A stretch of DNA of 64,000 bases from assembly GCA_033762295.1 (NCBI GenBank), contig JANRLW010000043.1, forward strand, positions 64,001 through 128,000, in the 5' to 3' direction. This document shows positions 19,092-28,492 of this stretch, piece after piece. The position numbers were made by a program, and so were the translations under genes. Source of the stretch: Capsulimonadales bacterium. GTDB taxonomy: Bacteria; Armatimonadota; Armatimonadia; Armatimonadales; Armatimonadaceae. The notes below the pieces were generated by a model, which did no database searches, was not told the origin of the DNA, and was given only the letters and a program-made list of their open reading frames with translations. Position 1 is the first letter of the stretch. Each line of letters starts with the position of its first letter.

Positions 19092-21007
19092 AATCGCAGT
19101 TGGGATTCGATCTCGTCGATCAACGCGCGCGCCGATTCCTCGACGCTTTGTCGGGCGGTCGGAAGTACGATATCCGGCGCGACCGGCGGCTCGTAGGGCG
19201 AGGAGATACCCGTAAACTCCCGAATCTCCCCGGCACGGGCGCGGCGGTAGAGTCCTTTCGGGTCACGCTCCTCGCAGACCTCCAGCGGCGCATCGACAAA
19301 CACCTCGAAGAAGTCGATGCCTCCCTGCTGCAGAACGTCCCGCGCTGCGGCACGGTCGGAACGGTAGGGCGAGATTAAGGCGGTCAGAACGACCAGGCCC
19401 GACTCGGCGAACAGACGAGCGACCTGCGCGGCGCGGCGGATGTTTTCCGCCCGGTCCTCCGGTGAAAAACCGAGGTCGGCGCAGAGCCCATGCCGGAGAT
19501 TGTCACCGTCGAGCAGAGTCACCTGCCAGCCCGCGTCGAAAAGGGCGCGGTGTACCGTGGCGGCGATGGTGGATTTCCCCGAACCGGACAGGCCGGTGAG
19601 CCAGAGAACGCCTCCTCTGTGACCGTTTCGCCGGGCGCGTTCCTCGAAAGTGACCCGTGAATCGACGGCGACCAGATTCCGTGCCGAGGACGAACCGGGC
19701 GTCGATGCCGTCCGCGCGGCGTCGTCCGTCCGTACCCCGGTGATGATTCCGCCGCCGGCCACCCGTCGCTGATGCACCAGGACGAACCGACCGAGCGTCG
19801 GAACCTCGTCATGCAGATCGAATGCGATCGGACGTTCGGTTTCGATCAGAACCTCGGCGACATCGTTCCGGGCAAGATGGCTGCGGACTTCCTGCGTCTC
19901 CAGGGTGGAAGCGTCCAGCAGGCGTTCGACCCGGGCGACCCGCGCGGTCACCTCCTGAGTCGCCAGTTTCAGCCGGACCCGTTCCCCGACGGACAGATCG
20001 CCCGGCCCCATCCAGAACAGGGAGGCGGAGAACCCCATACCGGTCCGCGGGGGCATGCCGGCCCGCGCCGTCGTCGCGATCTGTCCCCGCTCGGCGAAGA
20101 TCTGCTCGGTCAGGGTGAGGGCGACGCTCTCCCCGGCGACGGCGAAATCACGATCCGGACCGTGCCATCGTTCGAACTGCGCGACCGTCGATCGACGGTC
20201 GCCGGGCTGAAACACCAGCGAATCGCCGACCCGCAGGACCCCGGTCTCGATACGACCGACCAGGATGCGCCGGGCATCGAACCGATACACATCCTGAATC
20301 GGCAGCCGTAGGGGAAGGTCATCGGCGTCCACGGAGGAATCGAACGCGTCCAGCGTTTCCAGCATGGTCGGGCCATCGTACCAGGGCATCGTTTCCGTCG
20401 CCCGCGCGGCGATGTTATCGCCTTCGCGAGCCGAGATCGGAACGAACCGCTCCGCCGCCAGGCCGATCTTTTCCAGAAACTCGCGGTATTCGGCGACGAC
20501 ACGGCGGAAGGTGGCCTCATCATAGCCGACCAGGTCCATTTTGTTGACGGCGACAACAACCTGTCGAACCCCCAGAAGCTTCAACAGGTACCCGTGGCGA
20601 CGGGACTGTTCGCGGACGCCTTCGGAGGCGGCGATCAGCAGGACGGCGGCATCGGCGGAGGCCGCGCCCGTGATCATATTCTTCAGGAACTCCTTATGAC
20701 CCGGCGCATCGATAATGACGTATTCCCGTTTCGCCGTCCGAAAAGGGATCTGGGTCGTGTCGATGGTGATGTTCTGTTCCTGCTCCTCCAGCAGCGCATC
20801 CAGAAGAAACGCATACTCGAACGGCATTCCCTCGGCTTCGCTCGCCTTGCGGATCGCCTCAATCTTTCCCTCGGGCATCGAATCGGTATCGAAAAAGATC
20901 CGGCCGATCAGGGTCGATTTTCCGTGATCGACATGCCCCACGACAACGATTTTCAGTTTCCGCCGGTCCGCGGTGATCGAATTGTTTTCCGTCCTAACGG
21001 CGCTCAT
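19082..21007 (-). CDS. cysNC: Bifunctional sulfate adenylyltransferase large subunit / adenylyl-sulfate kinase
   Basis: [14 protein letters not shown] and NKMD GTPase motifs, then [25 protein letters not shown] of APS kinase. Confidence 0.95.
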   Translation of the reverse strand: MSAVRTENNSITADRRKLKIVVVGHVDHGKSTLIGRIFFDTDSMPEGKIEAIRKASEAEGMPFEYAFLLDALLEEQEQNITIDTTQIPFRTAKREYVIIDAPGHKEFLKNMITGAASADAAVLLIAASEGVREQSRRHGYLLKLLGVRQVVVAVNKMDLVGYDEATFRRVVAEYREFLEKIGLAAERFVPISAREGDNIAARATETMPWYDGPTMLETLDAFDSSVDADDLPLRLPIQDVYRFDARRILVGRIETGVLRVGDSLVFQPGDRRSTVAQFERWHGPDRDFAVAGESVALTLTEQIFAERGQIATTARAGMPPRTGMGFSASLFWMGPGDLSVGERVRLKLATQEVTARVARVERLLDASTLETQEVRSHLARNDVAEVLIETERPIAFDLHDEVPTLGRFVLVHQRRVAGGGIITGVRTDDAARTASTPGSSSARNLVAVDSRVTFEERARRNGHRGGVLWLTGLSGSGKSTIAATVHRALFDAGWQVTLLDGDNLRHGLCADLGFSPEDRAENIRRAAQVARLFAESGLVVLTALISPYRSDRAAARDVLQQGGIDFFEVFVDAPLEVCEERDPKGLYRRARAGEIREFTGISSPYEPPVAPDIVLPTARQSVEESARALIDEIESQLRFQK

Positions 21008-21008
21008 T

Positions 21009-21923
21009 CTACATGAAACCCCTGGCGCGCAGTTTCTGCATCGCGTTTCGTTCGTGGTGATCCTGGGCGCGTCCGGCGCGTTCGGGAACCCGCGTGGCTT
21101 CCAGTTCGGCAATGATCTTTTCAATCGTGTCGGCATCGCTCTTCACCGGATGGGTGATCGGCCAGCATCCGAGGCTACGATACCGCTTCCCGTCGCGGGC
21201 AAAGTACATCCCCGGAATCGGAATGTTCTCCCGCCGGATATAGCGCCAGATATCGACCTCGGTCCAGTCGAGCAGGGGCTGAACGCGCACATGTTCGCCG
21301 GGTTGAATATCGGTCGTGAACTGCCCCCAGAACTCCGGCGGCTGATCCTTGTAGTCCCAGGCGTAATCCGCCGATCGCGGCGAAAAATATCGTTCCTTGG
21401 CGCGCGTGCTGTCCTCGTCACGGCGAATGCCCGTGATAAGGGCGTCCCACCGGTGTTCGGAGAGCGCCTGTTGCAGGGCGACCGATTTCAGTTCGTGGGT
21501 GACGGTGACCGGGTCGTGCGTTTCGTAGGAGATGCCCCGCCCGTAACGCGCCTCCTCGTTGATTTTGACGATCAGGTTCAGCCCGTAGTGCTGCGTGGCC
21601 CATTCCCGGAACTCGAGCATCTCCGGGAACTCGTAGGTCGTATCGATATGCAGTACGGGAAAGGGGATATGTCCGCAGAACGCTTTCTTCGCCAGCCAGA
21701 TCAGGACGTTGCTGTCCTTGCCCATGCTCCAGGGCATACAGAGACGAGAGAAGGCATGGTACGCCTCGCGGAGGATATGGAGGCTCTGGTTTTCGAGGTA
21801 GTCCAGGTGGGTCCGATCGACGCGGGTGGTCGGTTCGTCCACCCCGAACAGACTGTCGAGGCTGTCCGAACCGTCGACGACGTCCGCCGGTAGCCCGGAC
21901 CGTTCCGTCGTTCGCAAACTCAT
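21009..21923 (-). CDS. cysD: Sulfate adenylyltransferase small subunit
   Basis: [40 protein letters not shown]. Confidence 0.95.
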   Translation of the reverse strand: MSLRTTERSGLPADVVDGSDSLDSLFGVDEPTTRVDRTHLDYLENQSLHILREAYHAFSRLCMPWSMGKDSNVLIWLAKKAFCGHIPFPVLHIDTTYEFPEMLEFREWATQHYGLNLIVKINEEARYGRGISYETHDPVTVTHELKSVALQQALSEHRWDALITGIRRDEDSTRAKERYFSPRSADYAWDYKDQPPEFWGQFTTDIQPGEHVRVQPLLDWTEVDIWRYIRRENIPIPGMYFARDGKRYRSLGCWPITHPVKSDADTIEKIIAELEATRVPERAGRAQDHHERNAMQKLRARGFM

Positions 21924-22663
21924 TTCGAAAGCACCGCCCTTCCCATAAAGGTGTGAATCCCGCACTCGGTCTTGTCGAACCCGGTCCAGCGTCCGGCGCG
22001 TTCGCTGTCGCCCTCGCCGACCGGACGGGTGCAGGGGATACATCCGATCGAACGGAAGCCGCGATCGTGCAGCGGATTGTAGGGGATGCCGTTCTTTTTG
22101 AGGTACTCCCAGACGGCGTCACGGGTCCAGGCAGCCATCGGGTTGAGCTTGTAAAGGTACTCGTCCCGGAAGGAATCAAACTGGTAGGCTTCGAGCACCG
22201 AGGTCGCTTCGCGGGTTTCGCCCTGACCACGGCGGACACCGGTGATCCACATATCGAGGGTGGCGAGTTTTTTTTGCAGGGGGACGACCTTGCGCAGATG
22301 GCAGCAGACATCGGGTGCGCGGTTCCAAAGCTCCGGCCCCTCCTCCTCCGCCTGCTCCTCCACCGTCCGCTCCGGATGCAGGGACTCGATGGAGATGCCG
22401 AGGAACGTTTCCAACCGCGCTTTCAGTTCCAGTGTTTCGGGGAAAAGCAGGCCGGTATCCAGCGTGAAAACCGGGAACGGCAATCCGGCCGAAACGGCAT
22501 GGTGCAGGATCACCAGCCCGGCTCCCTGAAAGGAGGTGCCGATCGCCGCGCGCGGCCCGAACGTGTCCCATGCCCAGCGCAGGGTTTCGGTCAGCGGTTG
22601 ATGTTCCAGATGAAGCGACCACTCGGCGAGATCCGTCCGAACGTGCTCTTTGGGAAAGGCCAT
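21920..22663 (-). CDS. cysH: Adenylyl-/phosphoadenylyl-sulfate reductase (Fe-S type)
   Basis: LDTGLLFPET, CC..RKV, SIGCIPCT, RAGRW, ECGIH. Confidence 0.95.
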   Translation of the reverse strand: MAFPKEHVRTDLAEWSLHLEHQPLTETLRWAWDTFGPRAAIGTSFQGAGLVILHHAVSAGLPFPVFTLDTGLLFPETLELKARLETFLGISIESLHPERTVEEQAEEEGPELWNRAPDVCCHLRKVVPLQKKLATLDMWITGVRRGQGETREATSVLEAYQFDSFRDEYLYKLNPMAAWTRDAVWEYLKKNGIPYNPLHDRGFRSIGCIPCTRPVGEGDSERAGRWTGFDKTECGIHTFMGRAVLSK

Positions 22664-22669
22664 GGCTTC

Positions 22670-22702
22670 ATTCTACAATATCCTATTAATTTAGTCAATA
22701 TT
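22670..22702 (-). promoter_or_regulatory. Sigma70 promoter of the cys operon (leaderless), overlapped by a putative Rrf2-family (CymR/IscR-like) operator
   Basis: Minus strand TTGACT-17nt-TAGAAT-6nt-ATG; AATATTGACTAAATTAATAGGATATT resembles Rrf2 boxes. Confidence 0.65.
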
Positions 22703-22843
22703 GTCAACATAGTCAGGATTAAGGTGAAGTCCCGATCCGAATCCGGGTCTCTTGTCAAAGCGATGCATTTCCGATAAGGAGACTGTAATAATAACGGGGA
22801 AATATCGCAGAGAACCGTAGAGATCCCGGGGGAGCGAAGAAGC

Positions 22844-23218
22844 ATGGCGAAAGTGTTGTTGTCGGCAAAGATGGGCGCGCCCTACATGGAAATCAGCGTG
22901 GGGTATGGTCTTTTTGCCAAGTACCGGATGGTGTTCGTCAACGAGCGGGGAAGTACGCTCTGGACGAAAACGGGCCATAGTGTGGACGGCGTGGTCGACA
23001 AGATCATGGTCGGCGTGCCGATCGAAGAACTGACCGGCGGGACGATCTCCTGGAAGATCGTCGTCGCGACGTTCGACGACGGGGAGCAACCGTTTTACGC
23101 CGAACTGAAATTCACGCAGGATAACGTGGCCGTACCGAACGGTTCGTTCGTCTATAAGGGCAAGATCGACGTGGTTCGCAAGGTCAGCGACGGCAGCGGC
23201 ATCGAGGTGCACGAGTGA
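22844..23218 (+). CDS. Hypothetical protein
   Basis: 124-aa ORF with RBS (GGGGGAG) and host-like codon usage. Confidence 0.65.
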   Translation: MAKVLLSAKMGAPYMEISVGYGLFAKYRMVFVNERGSTLWTKTGHSVDGVVDKIMVGVPIEELTGGTISWKIVVATFDDGEQPFYAELKFTQDNVAVPNGSFVYKGKIDVVRKVSDGSGIEVHE

Positions 23219-23239
23219 TCTTCGGAAACGCGGGAGAGG

Positions 23240-24175
23240 TCATTCCTCTCCCGTCGTGGGAGGCGCCGTCGACAGACCGGCGGCCTCGGACGCTTCCAGC
23301 GCCAGGCAGGCCCAATCCATCGCATCCCGACCCTTGGCCCGTGCGGCGATCAATCGATCCTGAACCACCCCGGCCAGCGGCAGCGGAACCCCGCTCCGCT
23401 TGCCCAACTCCTGCGCCAGCGTGATGTCCTTCTGGCCCAGAGGCAGTGTGAATCCGGCCGGAAGATACTCCTGCGTGGCGATCAATCGACCGTAGGATCG
23501 ATAGACGGGCGACCCGAAAACGGTCAGGGTCAGCATTTCGTAGATCGCCTGTCGGGAAACGCCGTTCTTCTCCGCCAGAGTGAATGCCTCTCCCATCGCC
23601 TCAATCGCCGCGCCGATCATGAAATTTCCGCAGACTTTGACCACATGGGCCGCTCCGGGTTCGTCCCCGAAGTCCCAGACTTTTTGCCCCATCGCCAGCA
23701 ATACCGGCTGAACACGTTCCCGAACGTCCGCCGTTCCGCCGGAAAGCAGGACATTCAACTGGCCTGCCTGCGCGACCTCCGGTCGGCCGTAGACCGGAGC
23801 GGCAAGGTAGACGGAACCCCGCAAATCGTGTTCGGCGGCCAGACGTCGAGAAAGCTCCGGACTGATCGTGCTGAGCGACAGGTGGATTCCGCCTGACGTC
23901 AGCCCGTTCAGGATACCGTCCTCGCCGAGGGACATCGACTCGACCGCCGCGTCGTCCGCCAGCATGGAACAGACGATATCCGTCGATCGGGCCGCGTCAG
24001 CCGGCGATTCACACAGGACCGCGCCGCCCTCGACCAGTCCGCTCGCCTTTTCCGCCGTCCGGTTATACACACGGAGGGTGAATCCCGCTTTGAGCAGGTT
24101 GGAGGCCATCGGCAGGCCCATCGCCCCCAGACCGATAAAGGCGACCGCTTTTTTCATGGGTTCGTTTCGGTTCAT
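23240..24175 (-). CDS. NAD(P)-dependent oxidoreductase, 3-hydroxyisobutyrate dehydrogenase family
   Basis: FIGLGAMGLPMA.NL, YNRT, AAPVYG, VKVCGN. Confidence 0.9.
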   Translation of the reverse strand: MNRNEPMKKAVAFIGLGAMGLPMASNLLKAGFTLRVYNRTAEKASGLVEGGAVLCESPADAARSTDIVCSMLADDAAVESMSLGEDGILNGLTSGGIHLSLSTISPELSRRLAAEHDLRGSVYLAAPVYGRPEVAQAGQLNVLLSGGTADVRERVQPVLLAMGQKVWDFGDEPGAAHVVKVCGNFMIGAAIEAMGEAFTLAEKNGVSRQAIYEMLTLTVFGSPVYRSYGRLIATQEYLPAGFTLPLGQKDITLAQELGKRSGVPLPLAGVVQDRLIAARAKGRDAMDWACLALEASEAAGLSTAPPTTGEE

Positions 24176-24891
24176 CGTCGTTCGCTCTGGCCGTAGTAGG
24201 CCGTAGCTCCGTGTTTACGCAGGAAGTGCTTATCGAGAAGGTGAGGCCCGAGATCGGCGGTATCGGCCCGGATGGCGAGCGTATCCAGCGCCATTCCGGC
24301 GACCTCCTCCAGTACGGTCGCGTTCTCCACCGCATAGGCGGCGTCCGGTCCCCAGGCGAAGGGCGCGTGACCGTGGACAAGTACGCCGGGAACCTGAAGG
24401 GGATCGAGGCCCCGCTCGCGGAACGTGCGGACAATCACCAGCCCGGTGTTATGCTCATACCCTTCGCCGTCGCGCACCTCCTGCGCGGTCATCGGCGCGG
24501 TGCAGGGGATCGGCCCGTAAAAGTGATCGGCGTGCGTCGTGCCGAAGCAGGGGATATCGTGACCGGCCTGCGCCCAGGCGGTCGCCTTCCGCGAGTGGGT
24601 ATGGACGATCCCGCCGATCTGCGGAAAGGCGTTGTACAGGGCGCGATGGGTCGCCGTATCCGAAGACGGGCGCCAGGAACCGTCGCCGACGATCTCACCG
24701 GTCGCCGCCCTCAGCACCACCATATTTTCCGGCGCAAGACGTTCGTACGGCACACCGCTCGGTTTGATCGCGATCAGGCCGGAACCGGCGTCGAACACCG
24801 ACGCGTTCCCCCAGGTCAGGATCGCCAGGCCCCGCCGGAAAATCTCCAGATTGGCGGAATACGCCGCCGCCTGCAGTTCGTCCACAGTCAT
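24172..24891 (-). CDS. araD: L-ribulose-5-phosphate 4-epimerase
   Basis: TWGNAS, IKPSGV, PSSDTATH, HTHS, GTTHADHF, HFLRKHGATAYYGQ. Confidence 0.95.
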   Translation of the reverse strand: MTVDELQAAAYSANLEIFRRGLAILTWGNASVFDAGSGLIAIKPSGVPYERLAPENMVVLRAATGEIVGDGSWRPSSDTATHRALYNAFPQIGGIVHTHSRKATAWAQAGHDIPCFGTTHADHFYGPIPCTAPMTAQEVRDGEGYEHNTGLVIVRTFRERGLDPLQVPGVLVHGHAPFAWGPDAAYAVENATVLEEVAGMALDTLAIRADTADLGPHLLDKHFLRKHGATAYYGQSERR

Positions 24892-24986
24892 AAACACACC
24901 ATACCCGAAATTCGAAAACGCCCGCCCGCCGTAAGGGGCAGGACCCGCCGCGCAACGGTGCGAATCCGTATTCGGAGGTAGGACCG

Positions 24987-25430
24987 ATGCCCGATATCGT
25001 CTTAGCGGAACGTGAAATGACGGACGCCGAGTTCGCCCGGATGAACGCCGGTTTCGACGAGAATTCCTCGGAACATGGGGTGGTTATACAGGCGAGCGAT
25101 CGTTTCGGCTACGTCGCTACGGACGGCGAGACGTTCGTCGGCTGTGCGAGCGGTCTGGCCTATCGGAACGGCCCGCACTACAACGGCTGGTTCTACCTGA
25201 CGGACCTTTTCGTGGAGAAACCGTATCGGCGGAACGGGCTGGGAGCGTTGCTGTTACGGCGACTGGAGGAACGGGTGCGCATTCTCGGCGTCCGGCATAT
25301 GCAAACGGATACCGCCGAATACGAGGGGCTGGCGTTCTATCGAAAGCAGGGGTATCGGGTCCTTTATGAGCAGGAAAGCTGGTTTTCCTCCGGCCAGAGC
25401 CGTTTCGGTCTGAGGAAGGACCTGCTTTGA
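24987..25430 (+). CDS. GNAT family N-acetyltransferase
   Basis: LFVEKPYRRNGLG acetyl-CoA motif; FYRKQGY. Confidence 0.88.
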   Translation: MPDIVLAEREMTDAEFARMNAGFDENSSEHGVVIQASDRFGYVATDGETFVGCASGLAYRNGPHYNGWFYLTDLFVEKPYRRNGLGALLLRRLEERVRILGVRHMQTDTAEYEGLAFYRKQGYRVLYEQESWFSSGQSRFGLRKDLL

Positions 25431-25493
25431 CGGCGAAACGGGCGCGTCCGGAGTTTACCTTCGAACGCGCCCGTCGGTGAACGGCGAGACGGT

Positions 25494-25778
25494 TCAGGCG
25501 ACGTGGAACCCGCTATGCCGGAGGGTATTGCCTTCCTCCCAGCGAGCGGTCACCTCGGTCACCTGCGCCGCTTCCGGTCCGACATGCAGTTCGTGCAGCA
25601 GAACATCCAGCGGCGTTCGGTCCTGACACTCGGCCAGCACCTCTACCGAACCGTCGGGAAGGTTCTTCACGTATCCCGCGATTCCGGGTAGCCGGTGCGC
25701 CGTGTGGTGCGCCCAGTACCGATATCCGACTCCCTGTACCCTGCCATGCACGATGGCATGAAGACGATGTACCGACAT
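25494..25778 (-). CDS. acyP: Acylphosphatase
   Basis: GRVQGVGYR, GYVKNLPDGSVEV. Confidence 0.95.
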   Translation of the reverse strand: MSVHRLHAIVHGRVQGVGYRYWAHHTAHRLPGIAGYVKNLPDGSVEVLAECQDRTPLDVLLHELHVGPEAAQVTEVTARWEEGNTLRHSGFHVA

Positions 25779-25839
25779 CTCTGTCTCCCCCTTACCGTTT
25801 CCCGGAGACCCCGTACCGGGGAACCCTGGTCCTTCGCCA

Positions 25840-26667
25840 TTATTTTACCGGACCGACGGCGATTTTGACGGTTCGTTCCGACCGAACGGGTTTGCCGTCC
25901 TGCTGCGCGGGTTCCCACTTCCACGCGCCGATCCAGGCGAGGATCGCTTTGTCGGTGTCGGCGTTGCCGCAGCTTTTGACGATCGATTCGGTATGAGTGC
26001 CGTCGGCCTCGATCGTTACCTTGATCTCGACGGTGGCGCCGTTTTCAAGTCCGCCCTGATCGGTCGGGCGAGCCGACCGAAGGCGCGGTTCGACGATCGT
26101 CACCTTCTTCATTTTGTCGCCGACTTCGATCCGTTCGGCGACCTCCTGCCCCTGCAGCACCTTGCCGAACAGCGTATATTTGTTGACTCCGTCCGGGTCC
26201 TTTTCGTCCAGGAAATAGGCCGGGCGATTGATGACGATATAGAACTGGGAACCGGCGGTATCGCGGCCGGCGTTTGCCATCGCCACCGCGCCACGGTCAT
26301 GTTTCAAAATCCGGTTGGCTTCGTTTTTGATTTCGTAGCCGGGACCGCCCGTTCCGTTGCCCTGCGGGTCGCCGCCCTGAATGACGAAGTTGGGAACGAC
26401 CCGATGGAAGGTCAGGCCGTTGTAGAACCCCTTCTTCGCGAGTTGGACGAAGTTATTTACCGTAATCGGCGCGTCGTTCGGATAAAGTTCGATAACGATC
26501 CGTCCCTTACCGGTTTCCAGAACGGCCAGCGGATGAGTTTCGTCGGCGGCCGCCGGCAGTCGGGCGGCGTTCGGAGCGGCGTCCTGAGCGCGGACCGGAA
26601 GGACCGGCGCGGCCAGCAGGAACGCGGCGCAGAGAAGCGTGAAAATACGTCCGATCATCGATTTCAC
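25840..26667 (-). CDS. Exported cyclophilin-type PPIase with a C-terminal TonB_C-like domain
   Basis: [28 protein letters not shown]-terminus [33 protein letters not shown]. Confidence 0.88.
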   Translation of the reverse strand: MKSMIGRIFTLLCAAFLLAAPVLPVRAQDAAPNAARLPAAADETHPLAVLETGKGRIVIELYPNDAPITVNNFVQLAKKGFYNGLTFHRVVPNFVIQGGDPQGNGTGGPGYEIKNEANRILKHDRGAVAMANAGRDTAGSQFYIVINRPAYFLDEKDPDGVNKYTLFGKVLQGQEVAERIEVGDKMKKVTIVEPRLRSARPTDQGGLENGATVEIKVTIEADGTHTESIVKSCGNADTDKAILAWIGAWKWEPAQQDGKPVRSERTVKIAVGPVK

Positions 26668-27231
26668 CTACTTTCGTCCCGGCTCGACGATCGTCACCTT
26701 CTTCATCTTGTCACCGATGACGATCTTTTCGGCGACGTCCTGTCCGGAGATGACCTGACCGAAGATAGTGTATTTGTTCGCGCCGCCCGGCATCTTTTCA
26801 TCCAGATTGGGGGCGGGCTGACCGATAACGATATAGAACTGGGAACCGGCGGTATCGGGACCGGCGTTCGCCATCGCGACCGCGCCGCGGTTATGACGAA
26901 GCATCTTGTTGTCCTCATTCTTGATCGAATAACCGGGACCGCCCGAACCGTCCCCTTTGGGGTCACCGCCCTGAATGACGAAGTTGGGGACGACCCGATG
27001 GAAGGTCAGGCCGTTGTAGAACCCCTTCTTCGCGAGTTTGATGAAATTTTCGGTCGTGATTTTGGTGACTTCCGGGTAAAGCCGGATCTTGATCGTGCCT
27101 TTGTCGGTCTCGATGATCGCGAGCGGACTGGCGGGTCCCTTTCCGGAGGGCGTCTGCGCCCACGACGCCGGAGGAACGGACAGTAGAACGACGACAAAAA
27201 ACAGGGGGAGGCAGCGGAAAAGTTGCTTCAC
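26668..27231 (-). CDS. Exported cyclophilin-type peptidyl-prolyl isomerase
   Basis: Same cyclophilin motifs; signal peptide; GTG start after AAGGA. Confidence 0.92.
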   Translation of the reverse strand: MKQLFRCLPLFFVVVLLSVPPASWAQTPSGKGPASPLAIIETDKGTIKIRLYPEVTKITTENFIKLAKKGFYNGLTFHRVVPNFVIQGGDPKGDGSGGPGYSIKNEDNKMLRHNRGAVAMANAGPDTAGSQFYIVIGQPAPNLDEKMPGGANKYTIFGQVISGQDVAEKIVIGDKMKKVTIVEPGRK

Positions 27232-27310
27232 GGTGCATTCCTTAGTTTCGAAAGTTTCGAATGAGATTGGTTTTTCCAACCCTCTATTCTAAAACGAGGG
27301 CGGGGACGTG

Positions 27311-28282
27311 TCAACCGGGAATGTTCGTTCGGTCAAAGAAGAAAACGCCGGTTTCCAGGTCGACCTCCGCGAACCCGCCGACCGGAAGGGTGAGACGACG
27401 GGGGATATGTCCGTAGGCGACGCCGGCCGCGACCGCGACCCGGTCCCCGGTCATCGACAGCACGAGTTCGGGGATGCGCTCCGCCAGTTCGGCGTTCTGT
27501 GCCTCGTTCATTCCGTTGAAGGAACCGATCAGCAGGGCGGCGATTCGGTCCAGAGTCCCGCTCAGACGGAGTTGCGTCAGAAAACGGTCGACGCGGTAAA
27601 GCTCCTCGTGGACGTCCTCGATGAGGAGGATCGCCCCGGACAGGTCCGGGACATACGGTGTCCCAAGTAGGGAAATCAACAGGGAAAGGCAAACCGGATA
27701 GAGAGGACCGGATACCCGGGTCGGCCCGCGAAGGATACGCCAGGGCACCGTGTCGGGCGGCGAATCGGACCGCCGTGGGAAGTCCGTCGCGGTGACGGCG
27801 CGAAGGAAACTCTCCGCGCTGAACGGATCGCAGAGCGCCGAACCGATGCCCTCGTTTCCGGTCGCCATCACCCCGGAAAAGGAGACGATTCCGGTCCGGG
27901 CGGCAATGCCGAGCGAGAGTGCGGTGATATCGGAGTAGCCGACCAGCGGCTTGGGATCGGACCGCAGGGCGTCATAATCGATCCCGTCCAGGAGTCGTCC
28001 GGCGCCATACCCGCCCCGCGCGCACAGAATCAGGTCCACCGACGGGTCGCGGAGCAGGAGGTTCAGGTCCGAGAGACGCTCCGGGTCCGGTCCGGCCAGG
28101 TACGGCAGCGAGGCGTCCCGACGGGTGGCGTTCGGAGCGACGACCACCCGAAAGCCGCGTGTTTCCAGTACGGCGGCAGCGGCGGCGATCGCGCCGTCGG
28201 GAGAGGGAGAGGAAGGGGAACAGAGGCCGATCACGCCGCCCGGTTTCAGGGGGCGCGGCCAGACGGGCGACGCAGGAGACAT
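27311..28282 (-). CDS. LD-carboxypeptidase (peptidase S66)
   Basis: ARGGYG, GYSDITAL, LLIEDV.E, YGH triad context. Confidence 0.92.
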   Translation of the reverse strand: MSPASPVWPRPLKPGGVIGLCSPSSPSPDGAIAAAAAVLETRGFRVVVAPNATRRDASLPYLAGPDPERLSDLNLLLRDPSVDLILCARGGYGAGRLLDGIDYDALRSDPKPLVGYSDITALSLGIAARTGIVSFSGVMATGNEGIGSALCDPFSAESFLRAVTATDFPRRSDSPPDTVPWRILRGPTRVSGPLYPVCLSLLISLLGTPYVPDLSGAILLIEDVHEELYRVDRFLTQLRLSGTLDRIAALLIGSFNGMNEAQNAELAERIPELVLSMTGDRVAVAAGVAYGHIPRRLTLPVGGFAEVDLETGVFFFDRTNIPG

Positions 28283-28492
28283 ACGAGCATTGTACCGTAT
28301 GCGCATCGGACCGTACGTCTCCGGAAACAAAACGGAACGTTCGTGTTTCTATACTCCGGCTTTTTAACCTGTTGCTATTTATTTACATTTTGGTTGGTTC
28401 TGGGGTATATTCATCCTGACAACCCGGGACAGGGCGCACCCCCCGATAAAAGCCGACTCGCGCCGGCATGAAGAAAAAGATGACAGAGAGAG

